Part shown: piece by piece, positions 19,842-29,855 of the stretch
Layout of the letters: the number at the start of each line of letters is the position of its first letter
How positions within the stretch are numbered: position 1 is the stretch's first letter
NCBI GenBank assembly: GCA_963674785.1
Contig: OY771555.1
Span: 96,001-160,000 of the forward strand
DNA: 64,000 nt
Direction: 5' to 3'
From: Caldisericia bacterium
GTDB lineage: Bacteria > Caldisericota > Caldisericia > JAAYUI01
Position numbers and translations under genes: made by a program
Notes under the pieces: generated by a model
The model's input: the letters and a program-made list of their open reading frames with translations, nothing else
The model's database searches: none
Told to the model about the DNA's origin: nothing

Positions 19842-22800
19842 TTAGTAGTATCTGGTCATTGTTATGAGTCGTTCTTCACCATTCCAGGCGACCTCAGCTC
19901 CAAGTGATTCAGCGATGAATCTAAATGGAACCATCGTTCTTCCGTTTACTATTTCTGGAGGCTGGTCAATTGTCACAAACTCACCATTAAGTACTGCAGT
20001 TTGCTGGCCGATAACCATCGACAGATTGATGTCTTCAAGTTGAACTGTGACCCTTCTTGCGGTTTGATCCCACCCTACCTCAGCTCCGAACGCTTGAGAG
20101 ATAGCCCTCACTGGCACAAGTGTTCTGTTTGCAGAAGATATGTATGGAGCAGTATCAAGCATAACAATCTCACCATCAACAAGCATGATCTGATTATCAA
20201 TTTTCAGTTCGATAGTCTTTATCCTGTATCCCCACACTTCAATATCTGATTTTGATTCATTACCAATTTTATCAGTTGCAACATAATCAAATTTATTGCT
20301 TCCGATATTAATTGGAATGACAACTTCATTGGTTCCCTCAAGCAGTTCTAAGGTCTCACCAGCAATCACGAATGTTACATCTTCACTTACTGTTACGGTG
20401 ATTGTTGCTTCTGTTTTATCAACAGTATCACGCTTGAGTGGAGGAATAATTTTCACATATGGAGGAGTTGTGTCTCTTGTGATAACAACGGTCATTTCTG
20501 TTTTTGTACCAACAGGGTTGAATGATGCCACAACAAATTCATTCTTGCCTTCGACAAGGTCAACATTTACAAAGAAGCTCCCATCAGCACCTACACTTAC
20601 AGGCTTTCCATCAACTGAAAGTGACGCATCGGGTGTTGTTTTACCCTTTAATGTCATATCGGTTTCCCTTGTGAGTTCCTCATACTCCTCAAATTCAATA
20701 AATGGAGCCTGTGACGAGGAAACAACATCTATGACTTCGGGATTCACAGTTTTGTATTCACCAAGAAGTCTGATTACAATTTGTCCTGGTTTGCTTGGTA
20801 AAACATCAAACTCAGCTTGTCCTTCAGAATTTGTCTCAGCCTCCATACTTACACCTGCACCTTTAACAGATACAGCAACACCAACAAGAGGTTTTCCGTA
20901 TGAACCGGCATACTCGACATTTACAGTCACTTTCTTTAGAAGTCCAGGATAGAACACACCGGAATGCTCAACACTTATTACAGCACCTTTGACGGTGTCA
21001 AATGTGAGGACATCACCGGACTCAATGAGGTCGTCACTGAAACTGCTCTTTGCTTTATATTTCAGAGTTACATTTGATTCACCAATTGAATTTGGCTCAA
21101 AGTGAATTGTAGCCATTGTTGAAAGCTCATCATCTGGGTCACGTTTTGTTTCTTCAGTTACTTTCTTGTTTCCTGTAATCGACGATACCTCAACAACTGA
21201 ACCCTCTTTTATTGGGTCAGTTTCAAGTGGAGAACTCGGAGTGACAGTCACCTGAAGAACATTGTCAGCCTTATTGACAAGGTCATAATTAGAGGTACTA
21301 AGGAACTCAGAACCCCACTCCTGACCAGTCTTATCTTCGAAGATTTTAATTACTGGTTTCTGGATTGGGACATATGTTGTTGTTGGGGAATCCCAATCGA
21401 GAGCAAACTGTCCATCAGGTGAGTATCTGAGTTCTGGGTTGAATGAAACTGCCTGTGATCGAGGTGTTTCACCTGCTACATCACCATTGATGACGGATGC
21501 CTTATTTGCTCCAACAAATCCACCAAGTCCAAATTCTGAATCAGCAAAGATATAGAAGGTAACCGAACCATTTTTATCGATATTCAATGAATCCTTATAA
21601 TCGACCATGCCGTCACCATTGAAGTCAGAGACATAATAGTTACCAGCGAGCTCTGAATTATAGATACATCCAGCTCCCCACTTCTCAAGATCCATTGATG
21701 TACCATCCATCTCTGTTCCTGTTTTGTAGTAGGTACTCATTGCAGCAACATCTTTCATGTCAGCACTTACATTATCTGTAACCGAGACTGCAAGGTGGTT
21801 GAACACTTCGACATCATCATCAGTTGCAGTTTTGACAAGGAATGGTGTAAATCTTGTGAAGTCAGTTGCAGAACCAATTTTGCCTGGAAGATTTGAAACG
21901 CCCTTAATAAGATTTCCTTCGGCATCTCTGATTGTTGCTTTGATCTTATATACCCTTGAATCAAATGCAGTCATAACGGCATCTGGATCTTCTGGATATT
22001 TCATTGTTTCGTGGTGTTCCTGGGCAAGGTTTATGATTTCATAACTGACTGTTGGTCTGCCGACCTTTATTGATGCAACACCCCATCCACTATAGTCAGG
22101 TGTTACGATCTTGAGATTTATTTCACCCTCATCGTTTGCAACGAATCCTTCGAATTTATAGATTCCCTTGCTTGCCTGTGAGAAGTCATATTTGATTGGT
22201 GAGAATCCGAAAAGTGATTCATTATCAGAAAGAGTGCTGTTCTCATTTGTGATAGATGTTGTTGTCCAATAATACTCGTTTGTTCTGTCCGGTCGTTTCT
22301 GTGTGATGTAATTTGCAGCCTCTTCGTCAGTTAGTTTTCCATTCTTTGTAAGGTCAACTGGGCTTCCACTATCATCCGTGATTGTAAGGGTCAATGGTGT
22401 TTCAGGATCGACAATTTCAGGGGAGACACCCGATGTAAGGATTGGAGGACTTACGTTAACTGTAATATTTGGGTCAGATGGAATTCCTCCACCTGCCATT
22501 GGTCTCATTGTTATTTCACCTGCAAGATAAACCTCATGTGAATAATACTTGCTGTTACCTGGAACCTGCCATAGTGGTGTGAAGCTTCGGTCATTATTAT
22601 CATCACCATACTTGTATGCACAAAGATGGATTGGAAGTTCCTCTTTTTCAGAGATCAGGTGGTCTCCATTGAAGTCCCAACCATAGTCTTCAATTCGACA
22701 TCCATTATCCAGACTCATATCAAAGATATATCTACCGTTATTCCTCTGATAAGTTCTCGCATCAATTATTCCACCAACCCACGTGTTTGTAGCAATATTA

Positions 22801-25800
22801 TATGATCCGATAAGCTCTGTTTCATAAGCATCAAATGATATTCTTCCATCACCATTGAGGTCATCATATTTTGAGTAAGCACCACTTACCCCAGAACCAA
22901 CCGAAGATGTTGGGCCACCTGTAATCCAACCATCACCGGCACCCTCAAGAAGAGTTGAGCCATCTTGATATCTGACTCCTCTATCCTGCCAAGCAAAAAC
23001 AAGAGCATCGTTACATTCTCTATTCTGCTGAATATCTTCCCATTCTGTAATTTTTACATCAACAATATTATCTGAACCGAGTCCTATTGTTGGAGATGCA
23101 CCTTCAATATGAAGTCCATGAACAGGAATTCCAACGATTCGGTATTCCTGACAGCAGTCTTCCCAATATTTCTTTGTTCCATTTGCAAGCTCAACCATAA
23201 TTGAGAGGACACCCTTATCTACAGGGATAATTTCATCGAACACAAAAACTGAGGAACTTAACATGGAGTAATCAAGATCTCCATGCTGAACAAGTCTCTG
23301 ATTTGCAGTACTATATGTATATCTATCCTGGAATCCTGGATTGATTATTCTCGTATAATCGGCAGAACCGAGTTCATAGTCACTCCAGTTTGTAGTGTCA
23401 ACTGTAATTCTTCCAGAATAATCATATCTTATCGGAGCACCTCTAAGACCATTGTATTCATTATCTTCATAATCCATTGGAAGCTCAGGGATTTTAAATG
23501 GGCCGCTGATCTCTATTCTTCTGATCTTGTGGTCGCTATCTGTTGCCGTAAATGAAAGAGGTTGCCCAAGTCCATCCATAAGCATAAAGAAGATTCCGTA
23601 ATCTGTAAGTGGCGTAAACTCTGTTCCCATCTTATAATACATGTCACCCCAGATTGCAGGATAAGCACTTCTTCCATCGCCCATAGTGCTTCCCTGAATT
23701 CGAAGTGGATGGGTCTGACCACCAGGATAACTCCTAAACTCTCTGACAAGGTTCGATAAAATTGGGTCATATGGTGTTTGAATCTGAGGAGTTGGCACAT
23801 CAAATCTTGAAAGTGCACCAGTTCCAGCAGTGTAATTGACATTTGAATACTGAAGAGCATGGTCTACAACTCTGAATTCAACAAAGTTCACATCAGGGTC
23901 TGTGATGTTCCCACCGCCACCAGATGATCCACCACCGCTTGAACCACCACCAGATGATCCACCGCCTGTACTTGTTGAGTCTTTGCCGATTATGAATATT
24001 CCGCAGTAATCTGTTCCTTCGGCATTGGATGGAACAAAATATGGAGGATGAGTGATTGTGCTGTTATAATCCCAGAGAGCATTTTCAGTATGCACTCTAA
24101 CATTCAAGTTAGACGATGTGTTTCTTGGGTAAACCGCGATTGGAAGCATTCCGCCGCTTTCAGCCCAAGGTGATGTTTTGTATGTTGATACAAAGGTCGG
24201 TACCCCATATGTTTCGATCAATGGATATGTAGCACCATCAAATGGCCCCCAACTGTCACCCTTTGTGACGACACCTAACTCATATCTGAAACCTGATCCG
24301 CAAATATCACATTCAGCAAACCTACCAGAACAATCAAGATCCTCAAATGAGTCTGTTGCACGTTCTCCTTCAAGCGGTCCAGTTACAGTATCTTCAGGGT
24401 CAACAGCACCAATTGCTCCCAGCCCAGTTGTTGGGCTTTGGTTATCAGCCCATTCCCACACAAGGAAGGTTCTATCGTCATTAACCTGAACAATATATCT
24501 GTTTGGACCACTTCCTGCAGTAAACATCCAGTCAACTCCAGCACCATTAGCATTATATGTCGCAATGATATTGCCGGCATTTGGTGTTGTTGAAATAGGA
24601 ACTCCGTTCAAGTCGTTAACATCATATGGATTATCCCAATCCTTCAATGTGAGAGACATGTTTGGGTATCTGATACTGATATTCTGCAAACAAGAAATAT
24701 TGCATTCAAAATCGATTGGTTCTGGTTTTACTTCAAACTCTTTTACGTAATAACAGTCATAGTTATTTGGAATGGTTGTATTACCAAGAATGCTTGGTGA
24801 TGGAATCTCCCAGTAACCATAGGCTCCATCGGTAGGGCCACCCCATCCAAGATCGGCAGGGTTTCCAGTTCCCTTTTCATAATATACTTCAATAATATAT
24901 GGATGGATGATTCCAAACTCATCACATGAACCCTCGTATGGGGTTATTTGAACCTGAAGCTCTGATTTCTTATTTGACAGAGTTCCTGCGACATTTCTAT
25001 GTCCTGATGCATCAGTTAAAACAACAAATGCAAGTTTATTTTCCTCTGGGGCGGGATTCATTGTGATTTTTACGGAAGATGTCTGCTCAACCTGGAATTC
25101 TTTATCAACAGTAATACTTATTGGTGCTTCACCCGGGAGAACCTCAAGATCAAGAGCTCTTGGGTTCCCATTTTTTCCCATTGTAAAACCAGTTACAACG
25201 AAATTTTCAATGTATGTTTCGGGTCCGGCAACAACACTACCACAAAAATATGTCTTTCCTGATCTTGAGACATTTGAAAGCCTTGTGTCACCAACGCTTA
25301 CAGTATTTGAAAGGTCTGCATCATAATACATCCACTCAGTCTCATCAAATTGAACATCATAGTCGACATCAAAATATCCTGTGTTGCTAAATGGTGAAAG
25401 AATAAAGCCAACATCAGCATCACCAGTTGTTACAATAGAGCCTGCTGGGAATGTAACGATTACACCGCCAACCTGAACTGTGATTGTCGTCATCCTAACA
25501 TCACCATTGTTGACAATATGATTGCCAAATGGATCTTGACCTGTATTTACATTTGTGTAGATACCTTCACCACAACCATAACCAACTCCACCCTCATCAT
25601 GATAATAGAAATCTGATGGGAAAGGAGTGAGCGACAAACCAGTATCAGTATCAGTTGTTCCACTTGCCGATGCTCCGATAAATGCCTCACAAGCCTCCTC
25701 TGCTTTATAGTCATCGGTGAGGTTTTGGGCAAAACAACTTCCTGATGGGTTGTTGATATTATTTACACCATCATCTCTGAATATCTCAACACCGAGCCAT

Positions 25801-26654
25801 CCTCTATACTCAGGATTGATGCTGTAGAACGTTGTTGCAGGAACCTGGAAATCTGAAGCTGTTGCACCAAGAACGGTTGACTTTTGGATTCTCTGAGCTC
25901 TGCTTTTGGTTGGTTCATTTGGGTTATAAACTGATGCAGCGGTCACAGCTGGCATAACACCTTCCCAGATATCTGTCTCAACCGAGATATTGAATTTTGA
26001 GCTTGAATCGCATGATGCCCTGATTACGTCTGCAAGGATAAGTGCATCACCATCACCATTCATATCAACATTTCCGATTTTCATGCAGCGACCTGAGAAA
26101 TCATGTGGGAATGTATACGGTCCATTTACATTACCAAGTCTTGTAAACCAGTACCCCTCATCATGAAAGAAGTTGACATAATCACCAACAACATATGGCC
26201 CCATTGTGTTGTTTGATGAAATTGTGTCCTGTTTGAAATTGTTTTCACGACACTCACCTGGTGGGTCTGGTGTATCTCTTTCATATGGATTGTGGAAGTA
26301 ACCATCTGGGTCAAACCATATTCTTCCATTTGAATCCAAGATACAACACATTTTATCCTTTTCTGTTGATTGTCCGCCAGCAGGAACAACAGTCAGATAA
26401 ACGATTGACCAATAGAGAGGGGTTCCAGGCATAGTGTTTCCCTGTCTTCCCCACCATGTTCCGCTTCTGACCCATGGAACCTGGCTTCCACCAGTAAGGG
26501 TCTGTCCTTGTCTATCTTGTCCAAGTGGAATCCACCTGGTGATAGCAACAAGTTTATTTTCCGTTGCAGCGGAAACTTCTTCAATTTGAACAAATGCTGC
26601 AAACGCTGACAGTGCCAGCATTATAGATAAGCTAACTGCCAAAATTTTCTTCAT
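19842..26654 (-). CDS. Giant (~2270 aa) secreted surface/S-layer-like protein with DxNGDG Ca-binding motifs, Ig-like domains and C-terminal stalk domain
   Basis: Signal peptide MKKILAV..; DMNGDGD, DLNGDGRISFD, DFNGDGMVD; L.EG.N.F...RDTTPP Ig modules; RTLVPVRAISQAFGAEVGWD and GRTMVPFRFIAE. Confidence 0.75.
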   Translation of the reverse strand: MKKILAVSLSIMLALSAFAAFVQIEEVSAATENKLVAITRWIPLGQDRQGQTLTGGSQVPWVRSGTWWGRQGNTMPGTPLYWSIVYLTVVPAGGQSTEKDKMCCILDSNGRIWFDPDGYFHNPYERDTPDPPGECRENNFKQDTISSNNTMGPYVVGDYVNFFHDEGYWFTRLGNVNGPYTFPHDFSGRCMKIGNVDMNGDGDALILADVIRASCDSSSKFNISVETDIWEGVMPAVTAASVYNPNEPTKSRAQRIQKSTVLGATASDFQVPATTFYSINPEYRGWLGVEIFRDDGVNNINNPSGSCFAQNLTDDYKAEEACEAFIGASASGTTDTDTGLSLTPFPSDFYYHDEGGVGYGCGEGIYTNVNTGQDPFGNHIVNNGDVRMTTITVQVGGVIVTFPAGSIVTTGDADVGFILSPFSNTGYFDVDYDVQFDETEWMYYDADLSNTVSVGDTRLSNVSRSGKTYFCGSVVAGPETYIENFVVTGFTMGKNGNPRALDLEVLPGEAPISITVDKEFQVEQTSSVKITMNPAPEENKLAFVVLTDASGHRNVAGTLSNKKSELQVQITPYEGSCDEFGIIHPYIIEVYYEKGTGNPADLGWGGPTDGAYGYWEIPSPSILGNTTIPNNYDCYYVKEFEVKPEPIDFECNISCLQNISIRYPNMSLTLKDWDNPYDVNDLNGVPISTTPNAGNIIATYNANGAGVDWMFTAGSGPNRYIVQVNDDRTFLVWEWADNQSPTTGLGAIGAVDPEDTVTGPLEGERATDSFEDLDCSGRFAECDICGSGFRYELGVVTKGDSWGPFDGATYPLIETYGVPTFVSTYKTSPWAESGGMLPIAVYPRNTSSNLNVRVHTENALWDYNSTITHPPYFVPSNAEGTDYCGIFIIGKDSTSTGGGSSGGGSSGGGSSGGGGNITDPDVNFVEFRVVDHALQYSNVNYTAGTGALSRFDVPTPQIQTPYDPILSNLVREFRSYPGGQTHPLRIQGSTMGDGRSAYPAIWGDMYYKMGTEFTPLTDYGIFFMLMDGLGQPLSFTATDSDHKIRRIEISGPFKIPELPMDYEDNEYNGLRGAPIRYDYSGRITVDTTNWSDYELGSADYTRIINPGFQDRYTYSTANQRLVQHGDLDYSMLSSSVFVFDEIIPVDKGVLSIMVELANGTKKYWEDCCQEYRIVGIPVHGLHIEGASPTIGLGSDNIVDVKITEWEDIQQNRECNDALVFAWQDRGVRYQDGSTLLEGAGDGWITGGPTSSVGSGVSGAYSKYDDLNGDGRISFDAYETELIGSYNIATNTWVGGIIDARTYQRNNGRYIFDMSLDNGCRIEDYGWDFNGDHLISEKEELPIHLCAYKYGDDNNDRSFTPLWQVPGNSKYYSHEVYLAGEITMRPMAGGGIPSDPNITVNVSPPILTSGVSPEIVDPETPLTLTITDDSGSPVDLTKNGKLTDEEAANYITQKRPDRTNEYYWTTTSITNENSTLSDNESLFGFSPIKYDFSQASKGIYKFEGFVANDEGEINLKIVTPDYSGWGVASIKVGRPTVSYEIINLAQEHHETMKYPEDPDAVMTAFDSRVYKIKATIRDAEGNLIKGVSNLPGKIGSATDFTRFTPFLVKTATDDDVEVFNHLAVSVTDNVSADMKDVAAMSTYYKTGTEMDGTSMDLEKWGAGCIYNSELAGNYYVSDFNGDGMVDYKDSLNIDKNGSVTFYIFADSEFGLGGFVGANKASVINGDVAGETPRSQAVSFNPELRYSPDGQFALDWDSPTTTYVPIQKPVIKIFEDKTGQEWGSEFLSTSNYDLVNKADNVLQVTVTPSSPLETDPIKEGSVVEVSSITGNKKVTEETKRDPDDELSTMATIHFEPNSIGESNVTLKYKAKSSFSDDLIESGDVLTFDTVKGAVISVEHSGVFYPGLLKKVTVNVEYAGSYGKPLVGVAVSVKGAGVSMEAETNSEGQAEFDVLPSKPGQIVIRLLGEYKTVNPEVIDVVSSSQAPFIEFEEYEELTRETDMTLKGKTTPDASLSVDGKPVSVGADGSFFVNVDLVEGKNEFVVASFNPVGTKTEMTVVITRDTTPPYVKIIPPLKRDTVDKTEATITVTVSEDVTFVIAGETLELLEGTNEVVIPINIGSNKFDYVATDKIGNESKSDIEVWGYRIKTIELKIDNQIMLVDGEIVMLDTAPYISSANRTLVPVRAISQAFGAEVGWDQTARRVTVQLEDINLSMVIGQQTAVLNGEFVTIDQPPEIVNGRTMVPFRFIAESLGAEVAWNGEERLITMTRYY
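23910..23966 (-). repeat. Gly/Ser linker repeat (GGGSS)x3 inside the giant protein
   Basis: Repeated CCACCAGATGATCCACC units in DNA. Confidence 0.85.
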
Positions 26655-26730
26655 CGTATTTCTCCTTATCCATATTTCAGGATTGTTTTGAAACAAATAC
26701 GATGTTTTTACGCTTAAAGTTCAACAAATA

Positions 26731-26762
26731 AAAAGCGACCCAAAAATTATTTTGGGTCGCTT
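26731..26762 (-). terminator. Terminator after htrA
   Basis: AAGCGACCCAAAA...TTTTGGGTCGCTT. Confidence 0.8.
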
Positions 26763-26789
26763 CAAATATTTAAAAAATATTGATAAAAT

Positions 26790-28121
26790 CTAGTTGAGAG
26801 TTGTATCAGGATAAGCTGCTAATTTAACGGTTTTTGTAATTTTCTTTCCATTTCTAACAATTTCCAAATCGACCTCATCACCTACTCTGTATTTTCTTGT
26901 TGCAACGAGAAGCTCTTCCATCGATTTAACCTCATAGTCGCCAATCTTCGTAATGACATCTTTCGTCTGAATATCTGCATCACGGGCTGGACCATAGGCA
27001 ACTTCAGCGACAATGACACCTGGTAAGTAATCTAATTCAATATCATCGGCTATGCTCTGTGTAAATGTTCCACCAGCAATACCGATATATGGCCAGGAGA
27101 TCCTTCCATATTTTATCAGGTCTTCTGCAACACGTTTAACGATATCTGATGAAATTGCAAATCCAAGATTATCGCCTTCGCGTTTGAATGTGTTGATTCC
27201 AACAACCTTTCCATCAAGAGTCACAAGAGGACCACCAGAGTTTCCAGGGTTGATTGCCGCATCAGTTTGAACAACACCCCAAAGTGTTTTTGATTTTACC
27301 TGTTGCGAAGTTCCTCCAAAACCAAAACCGAACATATCTCCACCATAACTTGGAGTTTCTTCAACATACTCCATATCAACAATTCGTTCATTGGCTGAAA
27401 TTACACCTGTAGTTACTGTGTGGTCAAACTCATATGGATTTCCGATTGCAACAACTGGCTCACCAACCTTAAGTTTAGATGAATCACCCAACTCAGCATA
27501 TGGAAGTTCAGCTGCATCAATCTTTAAAACAGCAAGGTCTGACATCTCGTCTGTTCCAACCAAGGTTGCCTGGAACTCTCTGTTGTCCTTTAGAGTAACC
27601 ATAATCCTTGCTTGTTTACCTTCAACAACATGATTATTTGTTACGATATATGTTCCATCCTCTGTCCAAGGATTATCAATGATCACACCTGATCCAGCAG
27701 CCACCCTAGTTGAATACTGTGGCTGAGATCTTCTTCCAAAAAATCCACCATACGGATCACTTTGAGCAACTAAAGTTTCAACAGAGATTGAGACAACAGC
27801 AGGGCCAACTTTGTTTGCAACATCAATTACACCACTGTAATAGACATCGCCACTAGTCATCTCAACACTTGGTTCTGGATTATTTATAACAAGCGTTTCT
27901 TTACTGTTGACTCCGGCCTGATAACCAACAAACGCTGCTCCTGCACCAAAGGTCAATGAGAAAACAAGTGCAATTGCAATAACACCGATCCATGTGGGTC
28001 TGCTTGGTTCTTTCTTTTTCAAATAAATCCCAACATCTTCTACAACTTCCTCCTTCATTCTCCCTGATGTTTCATCAACATCATTTTCAAAAACTTCTTC
28101 CACTTCTTCGTCATAACTCAT
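26790..28121 (-). CDS. htrA: HtrA/DegP-like serine protease with one PDZ domain
   Basis: TM anchor, TNNHVV, DLAVLK, QTDAAINPGNSGGPL, PDZ. Confidence 0.95.
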   Translation of the reverse strand: MSYDEEVEEVFENDVDETSGRMKEEVVEDVGIYLKKKEPSRPTWIGVIAIALVFSLTFGAGAAFVGYQAGVNSKETLVINNPEPSVEMTSGDVYYSGVIDVANKVGPAVVSISVETLVAQSDPYGGFFGRRSQPQYSTRVAAGSGVIIDNPWTEDGTYIVTNNHVVEGKQARIMVTLKDNREFQATLVGTDEMSDLAVLKIDAAELPYAELGDSSKLKVGEPVVAIGNPYEFDHTVTTGVISANERIVDMEYVEETPSYGGDMFGFGFGGTSQQVKSKTLWGVVQTDAAINPGNSGGPLVTLDGKVVGINTFKREGDNLGFAISSDIVKRVAEDLIKYGRISWPYIGIAGGTFTQSIADDIELDYLPGVIVAEVAYGPARDADIQTKDVITKIGDYEVKSMEELLVATRKYRVGDEVDLEIVRNGKKITKTVKLAAYPDTTLN

Positions 28122-28132
28122 AATTCTTCCTC

Positions 28133-29260
28133 CTAAAATCTAATTATTCTATACAATCTTCCATTACTCCTAAGAGTGCTACTGTCTTCGCTTTCAACAG
28201 TGTCATCCTTAGGAATGATATTTACGATAGTAAGCTTCCCATCAACTCTACTTCGCTCGAGCCTTACGAGAGCCTCACCTTCCATTAACTGTTTTGTCTG
28301 CATTTCAGTCATCCCATTTATCGGCAATGATGTGTTTGGATTTGTTTCCCCAAACAATGGAAAAGCAAATGTCAAAGTCATGACAACAGGCAAAACATAT
28401 GATGGAATAAATTTCAAAAACGATCGTCTCTGCTTAGGGGAATCAGTCTCAAGAATTCTTTGAACTCTTACAGAAACCTGATCAATTGAAGTGATATTCT
28501 GTGCGCCATGTTGGGGGATGGTGTGTTTAGCACATAAAACAAGTGTCTCTGCGAGCGTCAATGGATTTTCAATCACCTCACAAGCTTTTTTGTCAGTTTC
28601 AACTTCAACAGTCAAATCATAATTCTTCCTGATAAAACTGGAAGGCACCAAAAAAGAAAGGGCTGAAATGACCATAAAACTCCACTTTGAAATCTGGTCT
28701 CTCCTGACAATATGTGCTAACTCATGGGCGAGAAGTGCAGAAAGTCTTTCATCGGATAACATGTTTGCAATCTCATCAGATAAGTAGATCGAGTCATATG
28801 TTGAAAATGCAATACCTTTTGTTTTTCCAACAAAAATCTTTGGAGTCTCCACACCCATCTTTTTTACCAGGGGAACAAGCAAGGCTATTTCTCTATCAGT
28901 CGCAGGCTTAAATCCTTTTACCTTTTTTGAGAGTGCGACAAAACCAAGAACCAACCTCGCTATAACAAACCCAACAATCACCCATGGGATAGCTAATATC
29001 AAAAAATGCCACGAATTCTTTATCACCATAAATGTTGCATTATACCACCCAACATTTGAGTAGTTGGTTGGGGCCAACATAACTTTTACAGTTTGAGGCA
29101 ACATATCCGACAGATACCAGGCACCAATAACAAAGCTAGTAAGAGAAAGTGATGCTACCACAAGCATTGCAATATAATTTTTGACATATGGCGTAATCAA
29201 AAACCAGATTGCTGGCAGTAAAAGTGTGAAATAGAGTCCGAACAGCAGATCGATATTCAT
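28133..29260 (-). CDS. M56 family (BlaR1-like) membrane metallopeptidase lacking a penicillin-binding sensor domain
   Basis: Multiple TMs, LAHELAHIVRRD, E..TDKKA; directly downstream of BlaI-type regulator. Confidence 0.85.
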   Translation of the reverse strand: MNIDLLFGLYFTLLLPAIWFLITPYVKNYIAMLVVASLSLTSFVIGAWYLSDMLPQTVKVMLAPTNYSNVGWYNATFMVIKNSWHFLILAIPWVIVGFVIARLVLGFVALSKKVKGFKPATDREIALLVPLVKKMGVETPKIFVGKTKGIAFSTYDSIYLSDEIANMLSDERLSALLAHELAHIVRRDQISKWSFMVISALSFLVPSSFIRKNYDLTVEVETDKKACEVIENPLTLAETLVLCAKHTIPQHGAQNITSIDQVSVRVQRILETDSPKQRRSFLKFIPSYVLPVVMTLTFAFPLFGETNPNTSLPINGMTEMQTKQLMEGEALVRLERSRVDGKLTIVNIIPKDDTVESEDSSTLRSNGRLYRIIRF

Positions 29261-29263
29261 GAT

Positions 29264-29689
29264 TTATTTTTCCTTTGAATTCCTTTTCTGTTTTCTATCT
29301 GCGATCATCTTTTCCAAAATCTCGAGTTTTTCAATATCCCTCTTTTCGAGAATATCTAAAAAACCTTCAATAACAGGCTCAGTCATCGAGTCTGCAATCT
29401 TTCCTAAAACCTTATGCATTGCCTGGTTATCGAGTTCCTCTTTTGTGTTTGCAGGTGCATAAACATAACATCTTCCTGATTTTTCTCGAGTAAAGACACC
29501 TTTTTTGGATAATCTGTCGCATATAGTCATTATAGTTGTATACGCATAATCCTCAGGAATATTCTTTAAAATTTCCCTAACAGTTGCCTTCCCAAGCTCT
29601 AAACACGACTTAAAAACTTTTTTCTCAAGAGATCCGAGAGTAAGTCCGATCCCTTTCCCACTTGTTAATTTTACATTTTCTATTTCCAT
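29264..29689 (-). CDS. BlaI/MecI/CopY family transcriptional repressor
   Basis: LGSLE..V, ATVREI, AYTTIMTICDRLSKKG, R.K.GR.YVY. Confidence 0.92.
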   Translation of the reverse strand: MEIENVKLTSGKGIGLTLGSLEKKVFKSCLELGKATVREILKNIPEDYAYTTIMTICDRLSKKGVFTREKSGRCYVYAPANTKEELDNQAMHKVLGKIADSMTEPVIEGFLDILEKRDIEKLEILEKMIADRKQKRNSKEK

Positions 29690-29725
29690 AGTTCGTAGTA
29701 TTGCACGTAGTAATACTATTGTCAA
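29690..29725 (-). promoter_or_regulatory. Promoter and probable BlaI-family operator (TACTACG repeats)
   Basis: Minus strand TTGACAatagtatTACTACGtgcaaTACTACGaactATG. Confidence 0.55.
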
Positions 29726-29791
29726 TAGTATTTGTTTAACAATTTATACGATACCCAATAAATCCTTATAAATAAAACGTTTTATAAAAAG

Positions 29792-29819
29792 AAAAGGGGC
29801 AAAAAAGATTTGCCCCTTT
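29792..29819 (-). terminator. Terminator after PQQ-propeller gene
   Basis: AAAGGGGCAAA...TTTGCCCCTTT. Confidence 0.8.
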
Positions 29820-29855
29820 ATAGTATTTGAACCAATATATATTCAAAAAGACGTA

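Noticed and set aside
20296-20952. Long antisense ORFs (also 5818-6327, 36471-37079, 7220-7600)
   Set aside because: Shadows of well-supported opposite-strand genes with no recognisable motifs
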